Part shown: piece by piece, positions 28,940 to 38,852 of the stretch | How positions within the stretch are numbered: position 1 is the stretch's first letter | Layout: each line of letters begins with the position of its first letter | Assembly: GCA_005400705.1 (NCBI GenBank) | Contig: GCA_005400705.1_4079.1 | Length of the DNA stretch: 64,000 nt | Reading direction: 5' to 3' (one strand) | Source of the DNA: Escherichia coli | Lineage (GTDB): Bacteria > Pseudomonadota > Gammaproteobacteria > Enterobacterales > Enterobacteriaceae | Made by a program: the position numbers and the translations under genes | Notes under the pieces: generated by a model | Seen by the model: only the letters and a program-made list of their open reading frames with translations | What the model was told of the DNA's origin: nothing | The model's database searches: none

Positions 28940-30118
28940 TTATCGGTTAAATTTAAAATCTGTTATGTGTGTCCATGTATGATTTAATGGTGTACTCATT
29001 GGTGTAAAGCCAGCAGGGTCTGACAAAGCTGTACCACGTGCGTACATAAATTGATTGCCAGTACAATCCATTATAGCATAAGAACGTGTTGCTGTGCCAC
29101 ATTTGAACCCAACTGCACTACTTGGGGTCGGTAATACTTCAAATGTAGGTGCATTTGAACTACCACCCCCATCTTTTGTTCCAGCTATGTACAGAACTCC
29201 ATTAGTATCAATGATTAAGTTAGTCCAATATGCTTGTTCTCGACCAGCATAAAAATATGTTAAATCACCGGGTACAAATGGTAACGTTCCTTTATATATT
29301 GTGGTATTAACATTCACTGGTGCACCAGCTACACCCCATGAACTCATATAGTTTCTCCCACTTGCGTAGAATGTAGTTCCTTTACCGTAAAGTATTAATG
29401 TTGCTTGACTTGTTCGCATTGCATTATATTCAAACTCAGGATCATCAGTAGCGTCCTTAAAAATCTGTGTCCATGTTGTTATATTGCCAGTAGTTGTAAC
29501 ACCCATTTGATAATAATAATTATCACCAGTAGCATAGAATTCTTTAGGGCCAGTTTGTACAATTGCATTCCCATTAGTTAACCAAAAATCTAATGTATTA
29601 GTCTTGATCTTGGTTGGTGTGTAATTCGCCACGGTATTTCCTTTTCCGAAATAACCATTAGCGTTATTTCCATGACCCCATAAATCACCATTAGTTGTGC
29701 GTAGGAATAATGTACCAGTATTGAATCCAACTTTTTCTATAGTACTTATGTCAATACCAACAGCAGTGTACTTCGTTGTAAAATCTTGAAAAGTACTCCA
29801 ATAATTTGATGAACCATTAAACATGGTTTGTCTGCCAGTGTACTTCACTTTATTATCGTTAGTGATAAGTAATGTCCCCCACACTGACGCGAACATTAAC
29901 TTAACATTTTCCATAACAAAGTATGGCTTACCGTATGCTGACGCGGTAGTGTTTAAACCTAATAGTTGTCCATCATTACTACAACCCCATACTTCGCCGT
30001 TATCCAAAAGCATCAACATAGTAGGTTTGCCAGATGATACATCCAAAAAGAAATCTTTTGGTGTTGGTACACCAGGTGTGATATTCCCATAATCAAACAA
30101 TCTTACAAAAGGTAACAT
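28940..30118 (-). CDS. RCC1-like repeat protein with MLPFVRLFDYGN leader, paralog 2
   Basis: 392 aa; conserved leader and RBS. Confidence 0.7.
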   Translation of the reverse strand: MLPFVRLFDYGNITPGVPTPKDFFLDVSSGKPTMLMLLDNGEVWGCSNDGQLLGLNTTASAYGKPYFVMENVKLMFASVWGTLLITNDNKVKYTGRQTMFNGSSNYWSTFQDFTTKYTAVGIDISTIEKVGFNTGTLFLRTTNGDLWGHGNNANGYFGKGNTVANYTPTKIKTNTLDFWLTNGNAIVQTGPKEFYATGDNYYYQMGVTTTGNITTWTQIFKDATDDPEFEYNAMRTSQATLILYGKGTTFYASGRNYMSSWGVAGAPVNVNTTIYKGTLPFVPGDLTYFYAGREQAYWTNLIIDTNGVLYIAGTKDGGGSSNAPTFEVLPTPSSAVGFKCGTATRSYAIMDCTGNQFMYARGTALSDPAGFTPMSTPLNHTWTHITDFKFNR

Positions 30119-30189
30119 ATTTCCCTCCTTTATTCATTATACTATATTTAATACAAATAAGAATGCCAGTATCAAGTACTGGCATTATG
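30119..30189 (-). promoter_or_regulatory. family cassette (hairpin, TATAAT, AAGGAGG)
   Basis: gccagtacttgatactggc hairpin and tatagtataatgaataaaggaggg. Confidence 0.5.
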
Positions 30190-31299
30190 TTATTTTGGTA
30201 AATCAATTTTAGTAAAGACTGCAACATCTTCACTTGCTCCTGGTATTGCGTAATAAGAACCAGTACTATACACATCTCCATTTTTGGTTAATATCGATGT
30301 CAAACCATCACTAAAAAGAACATCCCTAATCTCACTAACTTCAACTGGTAATTGTAAATTGGTAGCACTATATATAGCACCAGTTTGAGAATTGTTTAAT
30401 CCCAAACCACGGTTCGCCCCAACACCCTTCTGATATGTACTAGTAATTACCATTTGTGTAGCAGTATTTAAGGCAGGTGAATTCGTCATAAACAACGGAG
30501 AACTATTAGGCAAAGTACTTACAGGAACGGCACGGAATGTAGTCGTACCTGAACTAAGAAAGTTTGGAGTTTGACCACATACGAAATATGATGTACCATT
30601 ATAGTAATTGAATGCATTACCACCAATGGCTGCATCGATTACACCAGAACTACGCAATCCCCAAGTGTTAATTTGTGTTTGGTTCCCCGTACCATGCTGT
30701 CCACTACTATTCCATCCAGAACTATATAGCTTATTATCTAATGTAAGATACATACTATCATTCGCATTGGTCATTACTTTACGAACGTTCGTAGCACATT
30801 GAGTTAATGTGTAAATTGATGAGGAACCAATACCCAAAGAACCACGATATCCATTATCTCCTGCACCATAGAGTACTGAATTAGTGCTAAGTACAAATAT
30901 TAAACCATTTGTACATACAATATTAGCAATTTCACTTACTGGTATAGCATTGGTAAACCAATTAGTCCTTTCAACTAATACAGTACTGTAAGAAGTAGTT
31001 GTAGAAGATGAGAACCAGTACGTTTGACCTGATGTCCATATCGTATTATCATTTTTAATAATAACAAGTGTACGATCACCCACGAAAAAATTAGAAACAT
31101 CTGTACTTACTAATATCCATGAAGATACCGTGTTGGTATTACCATTTCCAGATTCACCACCTTGATTTCTACCTATGTAATATAAATCATGTGAATCAGT
31201 CAATAAGAATTGACCTTGTGTAGAAGCACCAACTTTAATTATATTTTTAGGACCAGGTACAATATTTCCGTACTTAACCATTCTTGCAAAAGGTAACAT
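30190..31299 (-). CDS. RCC1-like repeat protein with MLPFARMVKYGN leader, paralog 3
   Basis: 369 aa; GSLGIG, GQHGTG motifs; only 10 nt downstream of paralog 4 (likely co-transcribed). Confidence 0.7.
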   Translation of the reverse strand: MLPFARMVKYGNIVPGPKNIIKVGASTQGQFLLTDSHDLYYIGRNQGGESGNGNTNTVSSWILVSTDVSNFFVGDRTLVIIKNDNTIWTSGQTYWFSSSTTTSYSTVLVERTNWFTNAIPVSEIANIVCTNGLIFVLSTNSVLYGAGDNGYRGSLGIGSSSIYTLTQCATNVRKVMTNANDSMYLTLDNKLYSSGWNSSGQHGTGNQTQINTWGLRSSGVIDAAIGGNAFNYYNGTSYFVCGQTPNFLSSGTTTFRAVPVSTLPNSSPLFMTNSPALNTATQMVITSTYQKGVGANRGLGLNNSQTGAIYSATNLQLPVEVSEIRDVLFSDGLTSILTKNGDVYSTGSYYAIPGASEDVAVFTKIDLPK

Positions 31300-31309
31300 A
31301 ATTCTCTCC

Positions 31310-32440
31310 TTAATTTAATAATGCCCCTGGCAAATCCACTTTGACGAATTGTGCATATGCTGAGGAATTTTGATCAAAGTTTGGTCCCAATCCATAAAAT
31401 GAGCTAATGCCGTCTTCATTTGTGTATATGATATAAACGTTCTTTACATCATTTCCGCATATAAATCGAATGTCTTTCGTTTGTGTTCCCGCTGGAACAT
31501 TACGAAGGTTCACAACGCCATTACTTGCATTGTTATCAGCCGACGCAATTGGTAATTGATTTTGACCATATTGACCACGCATATTTTTTGCATCTAAACC
31601 AAACACAGTATTTGATACCGCACCAACTTTCAAAAATGAACCAAAACTATTATTGAATGACTTTGGAAATGTACCACTATAAACACTTCTCCCATCTGAT
31701 AATACCGCTGAACTGAATTTCCCGTTATTCGATATGGCAAATTCATTGTAAGGAAGTGTACCCATTTTGGTATATACAGAATATGAATTAGTGGAAGTAT
31801 TATCAATAATCTTATTACCATTATATCCAATACCATACTGGTATCCGTCTGCATCTTGAACTATACACAAAGGACCACTTGGGGTTTGTGTCAACGAAAC
31901 AACACGTTCAACTTGTATATCACCAAATGTATTTCTTCGCCATGTTCTATCTATTATAGTACTAGTATTACCCAAAGATAATTCCACACTATATAATAGA
32001 TTGTTTTCAGTAAAAATGGCAACATAATATGCGTGGTTAATAACTTGCTTCATCCCAGCATCAATAACTTCCTGTGGAATATGATCAGTAACATCCAACC
32101 AATCAAGGTTAGATGATGCAATATCTGGAGTACTGAATTTGTCAAATCTAGTTGAGCCACAAACTAGCACTCTATCATCATTTGTCAAAGCCACTGTGCT
32201 AGTCTGCATATTAGAACTGAATGATTTAACATTACTAATGTTAGACTTGTACCAACCCTTATCAGCAGCACCCACCGTGAATCCGGTTCCCATTGATCCA
32301 CTTGTACTTGTACCATAAGCCCACATCTCACCACTATATGTTAGTGCCATACAGTGGCTTCCATTTGCTTGGAAATCCTTTATACCAGTGGGAGCAACCA
32401 CTGTATTCCCATAATCAAACATTCTAACAAAAGGTAACAT
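31310..32440 (-). CDS. RCC1-like repeat protein with MLPFVRMFDYGN leader, paralog 4
   Basis: 376 aa from ATG 32440 (RBS ggag); ORF-track start 32455 adds 5 codons without an RBS. Confidence 0.65.
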   Translation of the reverse strand: MLPFVRMFDYGNTVVAPTGIKDFQANGSHCMALTYSGEMWAYGTSTSGSMGTGFTVGAADKGWYKSNISNVKSFSSNMQTSTVALTNDDRVLVCGSTRFDKFSTPDIASSNLDWLDVTDHIPQEVIDAGMKQVINHAYYVAIFTENNLLYSVELSLGNTSTIIDRTWRRNTFGDIQVERVVSLTQTPSGPLCIVQDADGYQYGIGYNGNKIIDNTSTNSYSVYTKMGTLPYNEFAISNNGKFSSAVLSDGRSVYSGTFPKSFNNSFGSFLKVGAVSNTVFGLDAKNMRGQYGQNQLPIASADNNASNGVVNLRNVPAGTQTKDIRFICGNDVKNVYIIYTNEDGISSFYGLGPNFDQNSSAYAQFVKVDLPGALLN

Positions 32441-32515
32441 AACTAAAATCTCCATATAATAATTATAATGTATTTACAAAAAAATACCAGTACATATTTC
32501 AGTACTGGTATAATG
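32441..32515 (-). promoter_or_regulatory. family cassette variant (hairpin ACCAGTACTGAAATATGTACTGGT, TATAAT)
   Basis: Palindromic hairpin plus tataat. Confidence 0.45.
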
Positions 32516-33688
32516 TTATGGTAAAATAATAGCTTGTAACGAACTCATACCCAATGTTGGGACACTCGCCTGTGGTGCTGGTGCATTCACTTTTGGTGAT
32601 GAAACCGCATAAGTCATTCCTGTACCCAAATCTGGATCAAAAACTACAGAACAATAATCCCCATTGTATATAAGTCCATTAGTATATCCTTGTGCACTTT
32701 GAATGCATTTCGTGAACGTACCAATGTCAGTAGTGGCATTTATTAAGTTCCTCCCACGGTAGCCACAGGTGTATATGAAATTATCAACACCTATGTACAT
32801 ACTCGCAGAACCAGAAGAACTACATAGATAAGACATATAAGCACGCATGTTTTTAGGAGCAACTGACAATGTACCAGCATAGAATTTATTATTCATACTC
32901 GAAATATCACCATCACCCAAAGCACCAAAACTCCCCCAACCAGTACCATAATATCTCTTATCACTCAAGAATATAATACAGTTGTTATTACACATCTTGA
33001 CTTGATATATCAATGAAGGATCAACCCCAGGGAATGATTCAGTGTATGTTAGAACAGCCAGATCAGTACTAGCATTACATTGATGATATGTATTAGTACC
33101 AGCGGACAATATTGTACCATCAACTAATAGAATCCTCGAAGTGCCAGTACCAGCAATACAAGCAACAGCATTACCTGTATATATTTGTCTGAAAGTAAAG
33201 AAACCAACAGTCTTACTCCCCTGTCCACTCCAACCAGTATTATCAACACCACATGCCCATACTGAACCATCTTGCATGATCATCATTACACCATAGCGTT
33301 CTATCGAAATATAGACAATCTTCGTAGTATCAACTGCACTAAATCTAGAAGTTATATCAGTCCAAACCTTTACACTCACCGCCGTCGCACCGAAAGTAGG
33401 ATCTTCCCCTGCTATCATTATCCTACCATTGTTAGTCAGATACATTGTCTGACTATAACCAGTACTACAAAACTTAACACTATCAGTCTCTGGAACTTTT
33501 AACCACTCGTTGTAACGTGTTACGTTAGTGTTATTACCTAACTGATAATAGTTATTCATCCCAGATACATATAACACACCATCCTTTATTAAACTATAAG
33601 TCGCACTATAGTCACTACAGGTATAACGTGTACCCACAGGTCGCTCAACGACGTTCCCATAATCAAACATTCTAACAAAAGGTAACAT
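32516..33688 (-). CDS. RCC1-like repeat protein with MLPFVRMFDYGN leader, paralog 5
   Basis: 390 aa; GALGDG motif. Confidence 0.7.
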   Translation of the reverse strand: MLPFVRMFDYGNVVERPVGTRYTCSDYSATYSLIKDGVLYVSGMNNYYQLGNNTNVTRYNEWLKVPETDSVKFCSTGYSQTMYLTNNGRIMIAGEDPTFGATAVSVKVWTDITSRFSAVDTTKIVYISIERYGVMMIMQDGSVWACGVDNTGWSGQGSKTVGFFTFRQIYTGNAVACIAGTGTSRILLVDGTILSAGTNTYHQCNASTDLAVLTYTESFPGVDPSLIYQVKMCNNNCIIFLSDKRYYGTGWGSFGALGDGDISSMNNKFYAGTLSVAPKNMRAYMSYLCSSSGSASMYIGVDNFIYTCGYRGRNLINATTDIGTFTKCIQSAQGYTNGLIYNGDYCSVVFDPDLGTGMTYAVSSPKVNAPAPQASVPTLGMSSLQAIILP

Positions 33689-33768
33689 AATTAAATCTCC
33701 AAAATTAAAATAATTAGATAGTATTTACAAAAAATACCAGTACATATTTCAGTACTGGTATCGTAGCG
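33689..33768 (-). promoter_or_regulatory. family cassette variant
   Basis: Same hairpin type as 32441-32515. Confidence 0.45.
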
Positions 33769-34911
33769 TTAAAATGGCATCTTAACCTCTTTATATACTA
33801 ATATATCACCGGATAAACCAGGAAACGCAGAACCATTACCACATGCATATATAGTACTATCATTCCACACTGCTTGATGGTAATTGCCTATAGTACATTT
33901 ATAATTCGATAAATCAGTCACACCAGGTGTTAGTACATAATATACTGGTCCACTAGGTAAATTAAAATCAAATCTACCAAAGTAGTTCAAACCAGATGAA
34001 TAGGACTTGTCATTAGCAAATATTACAGTACCATCTTCTGTAAAAGAACTGTGAGAAATGTCTTTGAGATTGTTCACAACACCAGACGGTATTGATGTAT
34101 TCAACGTAAAGGACGTCAATGGTGCTGCACTTGGTGTGTTGTTCGCCGTGTAACCATAATATGCATAACCAGCTACATATACACTCGAATCTGAACAAAA
34201 TAAAAATGCACTCCTATAACCCAACCTAATACTCTCTATAGTCTTACTAAAAGTAACTTTAGTAAAGGTAGGAACTAAACCACTATATCCTACCCCACAT
34301 GTACCAAAATCATTCTTCCCAGTACTGTACAATTCGTTATTATTTGTAAGGTAAAATGACGCAGCAGCACCGCTATCTAAAGTACTGTAAACGTCTTTTA
34401 CATTACTCGCAATCAATTTAAATGCACTCAATACGGTAGCCGAACCATTGTTAGACAGCGTTGTTGAATCCGTGCCTTGTCCTATTGTATATAAATCTCC
34501 AGTACTAGTCAAAACAAATATACCATTAGTCGCCATAACAATTCTGTCATTCTTTAAATTAAATGAACTAAAAAGTGTACTTATATCAGTAAAGGTAGTA
34601 TAACGCCCACTCTGCCCTATACTCGATAAATTCCCACTCAAATAAACCTTATTATCATTACCAACAGCTACATAACAACCCCACCCAGCATATATCTGAT
34701 CAATGCCTTGTATCGGTATTTGTAACCATTCACTACCAGTTACCGAAGCAGTACTTCCAGTTCCAAGTTCACCAGAGTTATTAGCTCCGAATACATATAA
34801 ATTCCCACTATCCGATAAAACAACTGTATTACCAACTCCAGTTTTTATATCCTTGATACCATTCTTAGGAGCAACATTCCCATAATCAAACATTCTAACA
34901 AAAGGTAACAT
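33769..34911 (-). CDS. RCC1-like repeat protein with MLPFVRMFDYGN leader, paralog 6
   Basis: 380 aa; GELGTG motif. Confidence 0.7.
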   Translation of the reverse strand: MLPFVRMFDYGNVAPKNGIKDIKTGVGNTVVLSDSGNLYVFGANNSGELGTGSTASVTGSEWLQIPIQGIDQIYAGWGCYVAVGNDNKVYLSGNLSSIGQSGRYTTFTDISTLFSSFNLKNDRIVMATNGIFVLTSTGDLYTIGQGTDSTTLSNNGSATVLSAFKLIASNVKDVYSTLDSGAAASFYLTNNNELYSTGKNDFGTCGVGYSGLVPTFTKVTFSKTIESIRLGYRSAFLFCSDSSVYVAGYAYYGYTANNTPSAAPLTSFTLNTSIPSGVVNNLKDISHSSFTEDGTVIFANDKSYSSGLNYFGRFDFNLPSGPVYYVLTPGVTDLSNYKCTIGNYHQAVWNDSTIYACGNGSAFPGLSGDILVYKEVKMPF

Positions 34912-34983
34912 ATTTCCCTCCTTTATTCATTATACTATATTTAATCAAAAAGAAAAGCCAGTACTTGAGTACTGGCATAGTTT
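34912..34983 (-). promoter_or_regulatory. family cassette (hairpin, TATAAT, AAGGAGG)
   Basis: gccagtactcaagtactggc hairpin, tatagtataatgaataaaggagg. Confidence 0.5.
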
Positions 34984-36111
34984 TCAAAAAGGTAAATCAA
35001 TTTGCTTAGTAATAATAGTATCTAACGGTATTGAACACAATGAGAAATTCTTTCCACCCGTATTTTCAGGATTATATCCATTCATCCATACATTATTACC
35101 TTCGTAAAATGTATTCCAGTATAAAGCCCCACTATATCGTGTATTCGAATTGAACGATGGAAAGTTGAATTCTTGGAATGATGTAAAATATGGAATGGAA
35201 CTTGAACTACTTCCCGTAAATGGGGTATACCCAGTTGCTATTAGTTTGTTTGTATCTGCATTAATTAAAAATACAACACTAGTCGAATAGTCCAACGAAT
35301 CAGGATGATATATATTACTCATATCACCTATAGTAAAACCAACATCAAAAACTTTACTATGTGCACCACTACCAGCAAAAGTAGTTCCAGTTGCATATAT
35401 TTTATTATCAGATGTTATCATTACAAAACCAGCACCAGAAACAAAACTGCATTTTATATCATAAGATATATCATCAAACAACGGAACAAATGTGGTTGCA
35501 TCACCCGATGTTGCTTTAACTTGAAAGCTGTTATTTGAACCTGAACCATATACAGTTCCATCGTTTTTAATCTTAAACAATGTATCGCCAAGGTAACCGC
35601 CAAATATATTATCCACATTAGTGTCAAGTACAGTCCACGCTGAAACATAATTTTTATGTCCTAAACCTAATGCACCACTTCGATTCCATCCTCTTCCATA
35701 AAGTGTTCCGTCTTTCATTAATATAAATGCTGTATAACCACATAACATTTTTTTAATTTGGGTAACATCTATACCAGTGAAATACACACCCCAGTCAGTA
35801 TATCCTTGTTGGAAAGTATCAGAATTCGTGAATGCATATGTTGAACCTGAACCATATATTTTATCACCTTTAATAACAACGGAAAACAATCCTAACCATA
35901 AGTCATCAACTTCAGTTGTGATTTGTTGAACTGCTCCTAACGATACAAACTGTGTACTTAAACCCGCATTATAGTTTGAATCTTCACCGTGTGCATATAC
36001 AGTGCCATCTTGCATTAGAAACATTTCAAGAGTGTAACTAACAACACTTTTCTTTATATTATTAACTTCGATTATATTCCCATAATCAAACATTCTAACA
36101 AAAGGTAACAT
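34984..36111 (-). CDS. RCC1-like repeat protein with MLPFVRMFDYGN leader, paralog 7
   Basis: 375 aa; GALGLG motif. Confidence 0.7.
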   Translation of the reverse strand: MLPFVRMFDYGNIIEVNNIKKSVVSYTLEMFLMQDGTVYAHGEDSNYNAGLSTQFVSLGAVQQITTEVDDLWLGLFSVVIKGDKIYGSGSTYAFTNSDTFQQGYTDWGVYFTGIDVTQIKKMLCGYTAFILMKDGTLYGRGWNRSGALGLGHKNYVSAWTVLDTNVDNIFGGYLGDTLFKIKNDGTVYGSGSNNSFQVKATSGDATTFVPLFDDISYDIKCSFVSGAGFVMITSDNKIYATGTTFAGSGAHSKVFDVGFTIGDMSNIYHPDSLDYSTSVVFLINADTNKLIATGYTPFTGSSSSSIPYFTSFQEFNFPSFNSNTRYSGALYWNTFYEGNNVWMNGYNPENTGGKNFSLCSIPLDTIITKQIDLPF

Positions 36112-36183
36112 AATTCCCTCCTTTATTCATTATACTTTATTTAATACAAATAAGAATTCCTGTATCGAGTACTGGCATTCAAT
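36112..36183 (-). promoter_or_regulatory. family cassette (hairpin, TATAAT, AAGGAGG)
   Basis: gccagtactcgatacagg hairpin-like, tataatgaataaaggagg. Confidence 0.45.
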
Positions 36184-37332
36184 TTATTGTAAAAAGGACA
36201 TATCTACTTCTGTATAACTAAGAATGTTTTGACCAGCAATTCCACCCATTACTACTATTGCATACCCACAATAATATAATTTCCCAGTGTCCGTAAGTAT
36301 AAGTGAACCAGAAGGTGTTCTTACCAAATTACACGAACTATTAAAAGAAGTATACGAAGGAGTATAGGAGTACTGATCAATATTATTACCAACACCTAAT
36401 TGACCACCCCTATTCGAACCAGATGCATAAAGTACTTCATCTGCTTTGACAATATGTGATGCCATGTTACCAACACATGCATATACACCATATACCCCTG
36501 TACTCAATAATGTAGGAGTCTTGTATTGAATATCAGTACTAGTAGATGTTCCACCTGTGCCAAATTCATTACCATATTGTGCTCCGTACTGCTTCCCACA
36601 TGCGTACAAATTATTATCGGACTTAATAAAAAATGTACTCTGATAACTTACATCAAAATCTATAACATCCGAAGAAATCATCGTTACCCCAGTAATCGAA
36701 GTTTGATTACCAGTACCCAACTGGTAGTAATAGTTAAAACCACAACCCCATAAAGTATTATCTTCTCGCAAATAAATGTTACCAACAGCCTTTTTAACAG
36801 ATGTTATAGTACTGACCTTCTTGAAGGTATTAAATGAATCAATGTTAGTACCATCTCCAAAGGAGGATATGTTCGATGCGTTATTAGCACCACAACAATA
36901 TAATGTCCCATCCTTCAGTACTAAATTTACCTTCATATCATTAAAACTGCTCATATACTCAATATCAGATACACTAATACCACCTGATGTTATCCACGTA
37001 GTACAGTCCGTCCATAACGTCTTCCTATCAGTTACCCCAGTAAATGCCTCCGTGTTACCAGTGATAAACACTTTACCAGTACCCTTTTCTTCATACAATT
37101 GACAATCACTACTGTTATCTTCCAATAAAACCCTCTGTACATTCTCTGCACAAAGAATAAATTTACTCGATGCTACACCTGTTCCAGTACCCCAATTCGT
37201 CGCAGAAGATGCATACAACTTATGTGTTAGTGTATCATGCAAATACATAGAACCACTAGAATATATTTTAAAACGCCCAGAGTTGGTAGGTGCTTCATTC
37301 CCATAATCAAACATTCTAACAAAAGGTAACAT
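36184..37332 (-). CDS. RCC1-like repeat protein with MLPFVRMFDYGN leader, paralog 8
   Basis: 382 aa; GQLGVGNN motif; first gene of the minus-strand block. Confidence 0.7.
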   Translation of the reverse strand: MLPFVRMFDYGNEAPTNSGRFKIYSSGSMYLHDTLTHKLYASSATNWGTGTGVASSKFILCAENVQRVLLEDNSSDCQLYEEKGTGKVFITGNTEAFTGVTDRKTLWTDCTTWITSGGISVSDIEYMSSFNDMKVNLVLKDGTLYCCGANNASNISSFGDGTNIDSFNTFKKVSTITSVKKAVGNIYLREDNTLWGCGFNYYYQLGTGNQTSITGVTMISSDVIDFDVSYQSTFFIKSDNNLYACGKQYGAQYGNEFGTGGTSTSTDIQYKTPTLLSTGVYGVYACVGNMASHIVKADEVLYASGSNRGGQLGVGNNIDQYSYTPSYTSFNSSCNLVRTPSGSLILTDTGKLYYCGYAIVVMGGIAGQNILSYTEVDMSFLQ

Positions 37333-37375
37333 AATTCCCTCCTTTATTCATTATATCATATTTACCCCATAACCC

Positions 37376-37404
37376 TTGACATCCTTTCAGTACTGGTGTA
37401 CTAT
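37376..37404 (+). promoter_or_regulatory. candidate promoter TTGACA-17-TACTAT in divergent region
   Basis: ttgaca 37376-37381, AGTACTG in spacer. Confidence 0.4.
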
Positions 37405-37429
37405 AGAAGGAATATAAGGAGAACTACAC

Positions 37430-37657
37430 ATGACAGCTACACTTAAGTACTACATTAATACTCTAAATGAACTAGAGTACGCGAAGTTTCTCGCGGATTG
37501 TTCGTGGCTAATAGAGCTAAAAACACATAACAGTACTGGATGTAACCTTATGCTGAACAGTGCACTTGATACCCTTGTAGTGAGTATTTTACACAGCAAC
37601 ATCTGCGTGGATAGCAATAAACAATTATCAAAAATCTTAGTACTGGTAGCTATATGA
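37430..37657 (+). CDS. small protein, tandem family A
   Basis: 75 aa, RBS aaggag. Confidence 0.5.
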   Translation: MTATLKYYINTLNELEYAKFLADCSWLIELKTHNSTGCNLMLNSALDTLVVSILHSNICVDSNKQLSKILVLVAI

Positions 37658-37866
37658 ACACTATGAACATTAAACAGTACTACATCGATGCACTACCAAC
37701 AAAAGGTCTACGAGAAAGCCTACTGTATACACAAAATAATTTTATACACTACAAACGTTATCCTAAACTCCTGAACTCGTACAGGAATAATAACATAAGA
37801 AATGCTTTACAAGGGGTAGAAAGTATGCAATACTATTACATCCTTACCCTTTTAATCGAGTACTAA
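37654..37866 (+). CDS. small protein, tandem family A
   Basis: 70 aa; QYYIDALP N-terminus, C-terminal LTLLIEY. Confidence 0.5.
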   Translation: MNTMNIKQYYIDALPTKGLRESLLYTQNNFIHYKRYPKLLNSYRNNNIRNALQGVESMQYYYILTLLIEY

Positions 37867-37867
37867 T

Positions 37868-38053
37868 ATGTATAAAGAATTCTACTGTAGTAAGCTGCAC
37901 AAACAATACAGAGATTCATTTCCCAATGAACCTATGGACATGAATAGTCCCTTTTATAATTTTGACTTCAGACTGGAGACACGTTATGCAATAGAACATC
38001 AATTTCCTGAAACTAAGTACTTAGCTATCATGAACCTCATCTTTAAGTTCTAA
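37868..38053 (+). CDS. small protein, tandem family A
   Basis: 61 aa. Confidence 0.45.
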   Translation: MYKEFYCSKLHKQYRDSFPNEPMDMNSPFYNFDFRLETRYAIEHQFPETKYLAIMNLIFKF

Positions 38054-38274
38054 AAGAGTACTATATGAAAACTATGAACATTCATCAGTACTACTTAGAT
38101 ATTCTCCCTAAAGATGTGCAGAACATCCTTAAACAAGAATTCAGTACTTTAAAAAAACCTTAAAAGATCCGCACCGAATGTACTCATCCTGCACCAAATA
38201 AATGTAGTTGATAATATTCTACAAGGTGTACCAGGAACCGAGTACTTTAATATAGTAAGGCTAATTACATTACA

Positions 38275-38460
38275 ATGAATCATATAAGCTACTATTACCA
38301 AAAACTATCCGACCGAGACAAGTACAGCCACAACTCCCATGTATGGTACTACAAACGCGGTAGTATAAGGGACAAACAACATTACTTCTGTACTGCTATA
38401 AAAGAAACACTAACAACTAAGTACACGTACAGAGCAGTACTGAAACTTATTGATATGTAA
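38275..38460 (+). CDS. small protein, tandem family A
   Basis: 61 aa; C-terminal YTYRAVLKLIDM. Confidence 0.45.
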   Translation: MNHISYYYQKLSDRDKYSHNSHVWYYKRGSIRDKQHYFCTAIKETLTTKYTYRAVLKLIDM

Positions 38461-38470
38461 AGAGAATACT

Positions 38471-38656
38471 ATGAATACATTTGAGTACTATACAAATAAA
38501 CTATCTATGCCAGAAAGATCTCATCTCTATGTGTGGAGAAATGCGTATAAAAGCGGCAATAAACTTATACAAAGAAATTCCCTTACAGTGTGTACAAATT
38601 TAATTAAAGCAGAGTACCGCACATATATTGAAGTACTGAAACTAATCTCTATCTAA
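38471..38656 (+). CDS. small protein, tandem family A
   Basis: 61 aa from ATG 38471; C-terminal EVLKLISI. Confidence 0.45.
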   Translation: MNTFEYYTNKLSMPERSHLYVWRNAYKSGNKLIQRNSLTVCTNLIKAEYRTYIEVLKLISI

Positions 38657-38664
38657 GGTACTCT

Positions 38665-38844
38665 ATGCAAGAATTCTATATCTATAAACTTCAGCACAAA
38701 GATAGATACAACTATAATAAATTCCAAAGGTACTACACAGTCGGGAACAAAAGAGATAAAAAACGATACTTTCTATCATGTACAGTAGAAGCACAAAACG
38801 AAAAGTACACGTACAGAGAAGTACTGAAACTCATCTCAATCTAA
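38665..38844 (+). CDS. small protein, tandem family A
   Basis: 59 aa (below ORF-track cutoff); C-terminal YTYREVLKLISI. Confidence 0.4.
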   Translation: MQEFYIYKLQHKDRYNYNKFQRYYTVGNKRDKKRYFLSCTVEAQNEKYTYREVLKLISI

Positions 38845-38852
38845 GGAATAAT

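Noticed and set aside
27679-32455. N-terminal extensions MPVLDTGISFCIKYSIMNKGGN and MEILV on RCC1-like ORFs
   Set aside because: The extensions translate the upstream hairpin and TATAAT cassette and lack an RBS. The conserved ATG with AAGGAGG (or GGAG) is used in all paralogs.
27605-36183. T4-type late promoter (TATAAATA) upstream of RCC1-like genes
   Set aside because: The conserved element is TATAATGA preceded by TATTAAATA, not a clean TATAAATA. Promoter class left open.
29823-37102. Plus-strand ORFs inside the RCC1-like genes (29823-30092, 30608-30802, 33272-33502, 34703-34885, 35305-35538, 36526-36753, 36776-37102)
   Set aside because: They are antisense to the conserved paralog family and have no translation signals.
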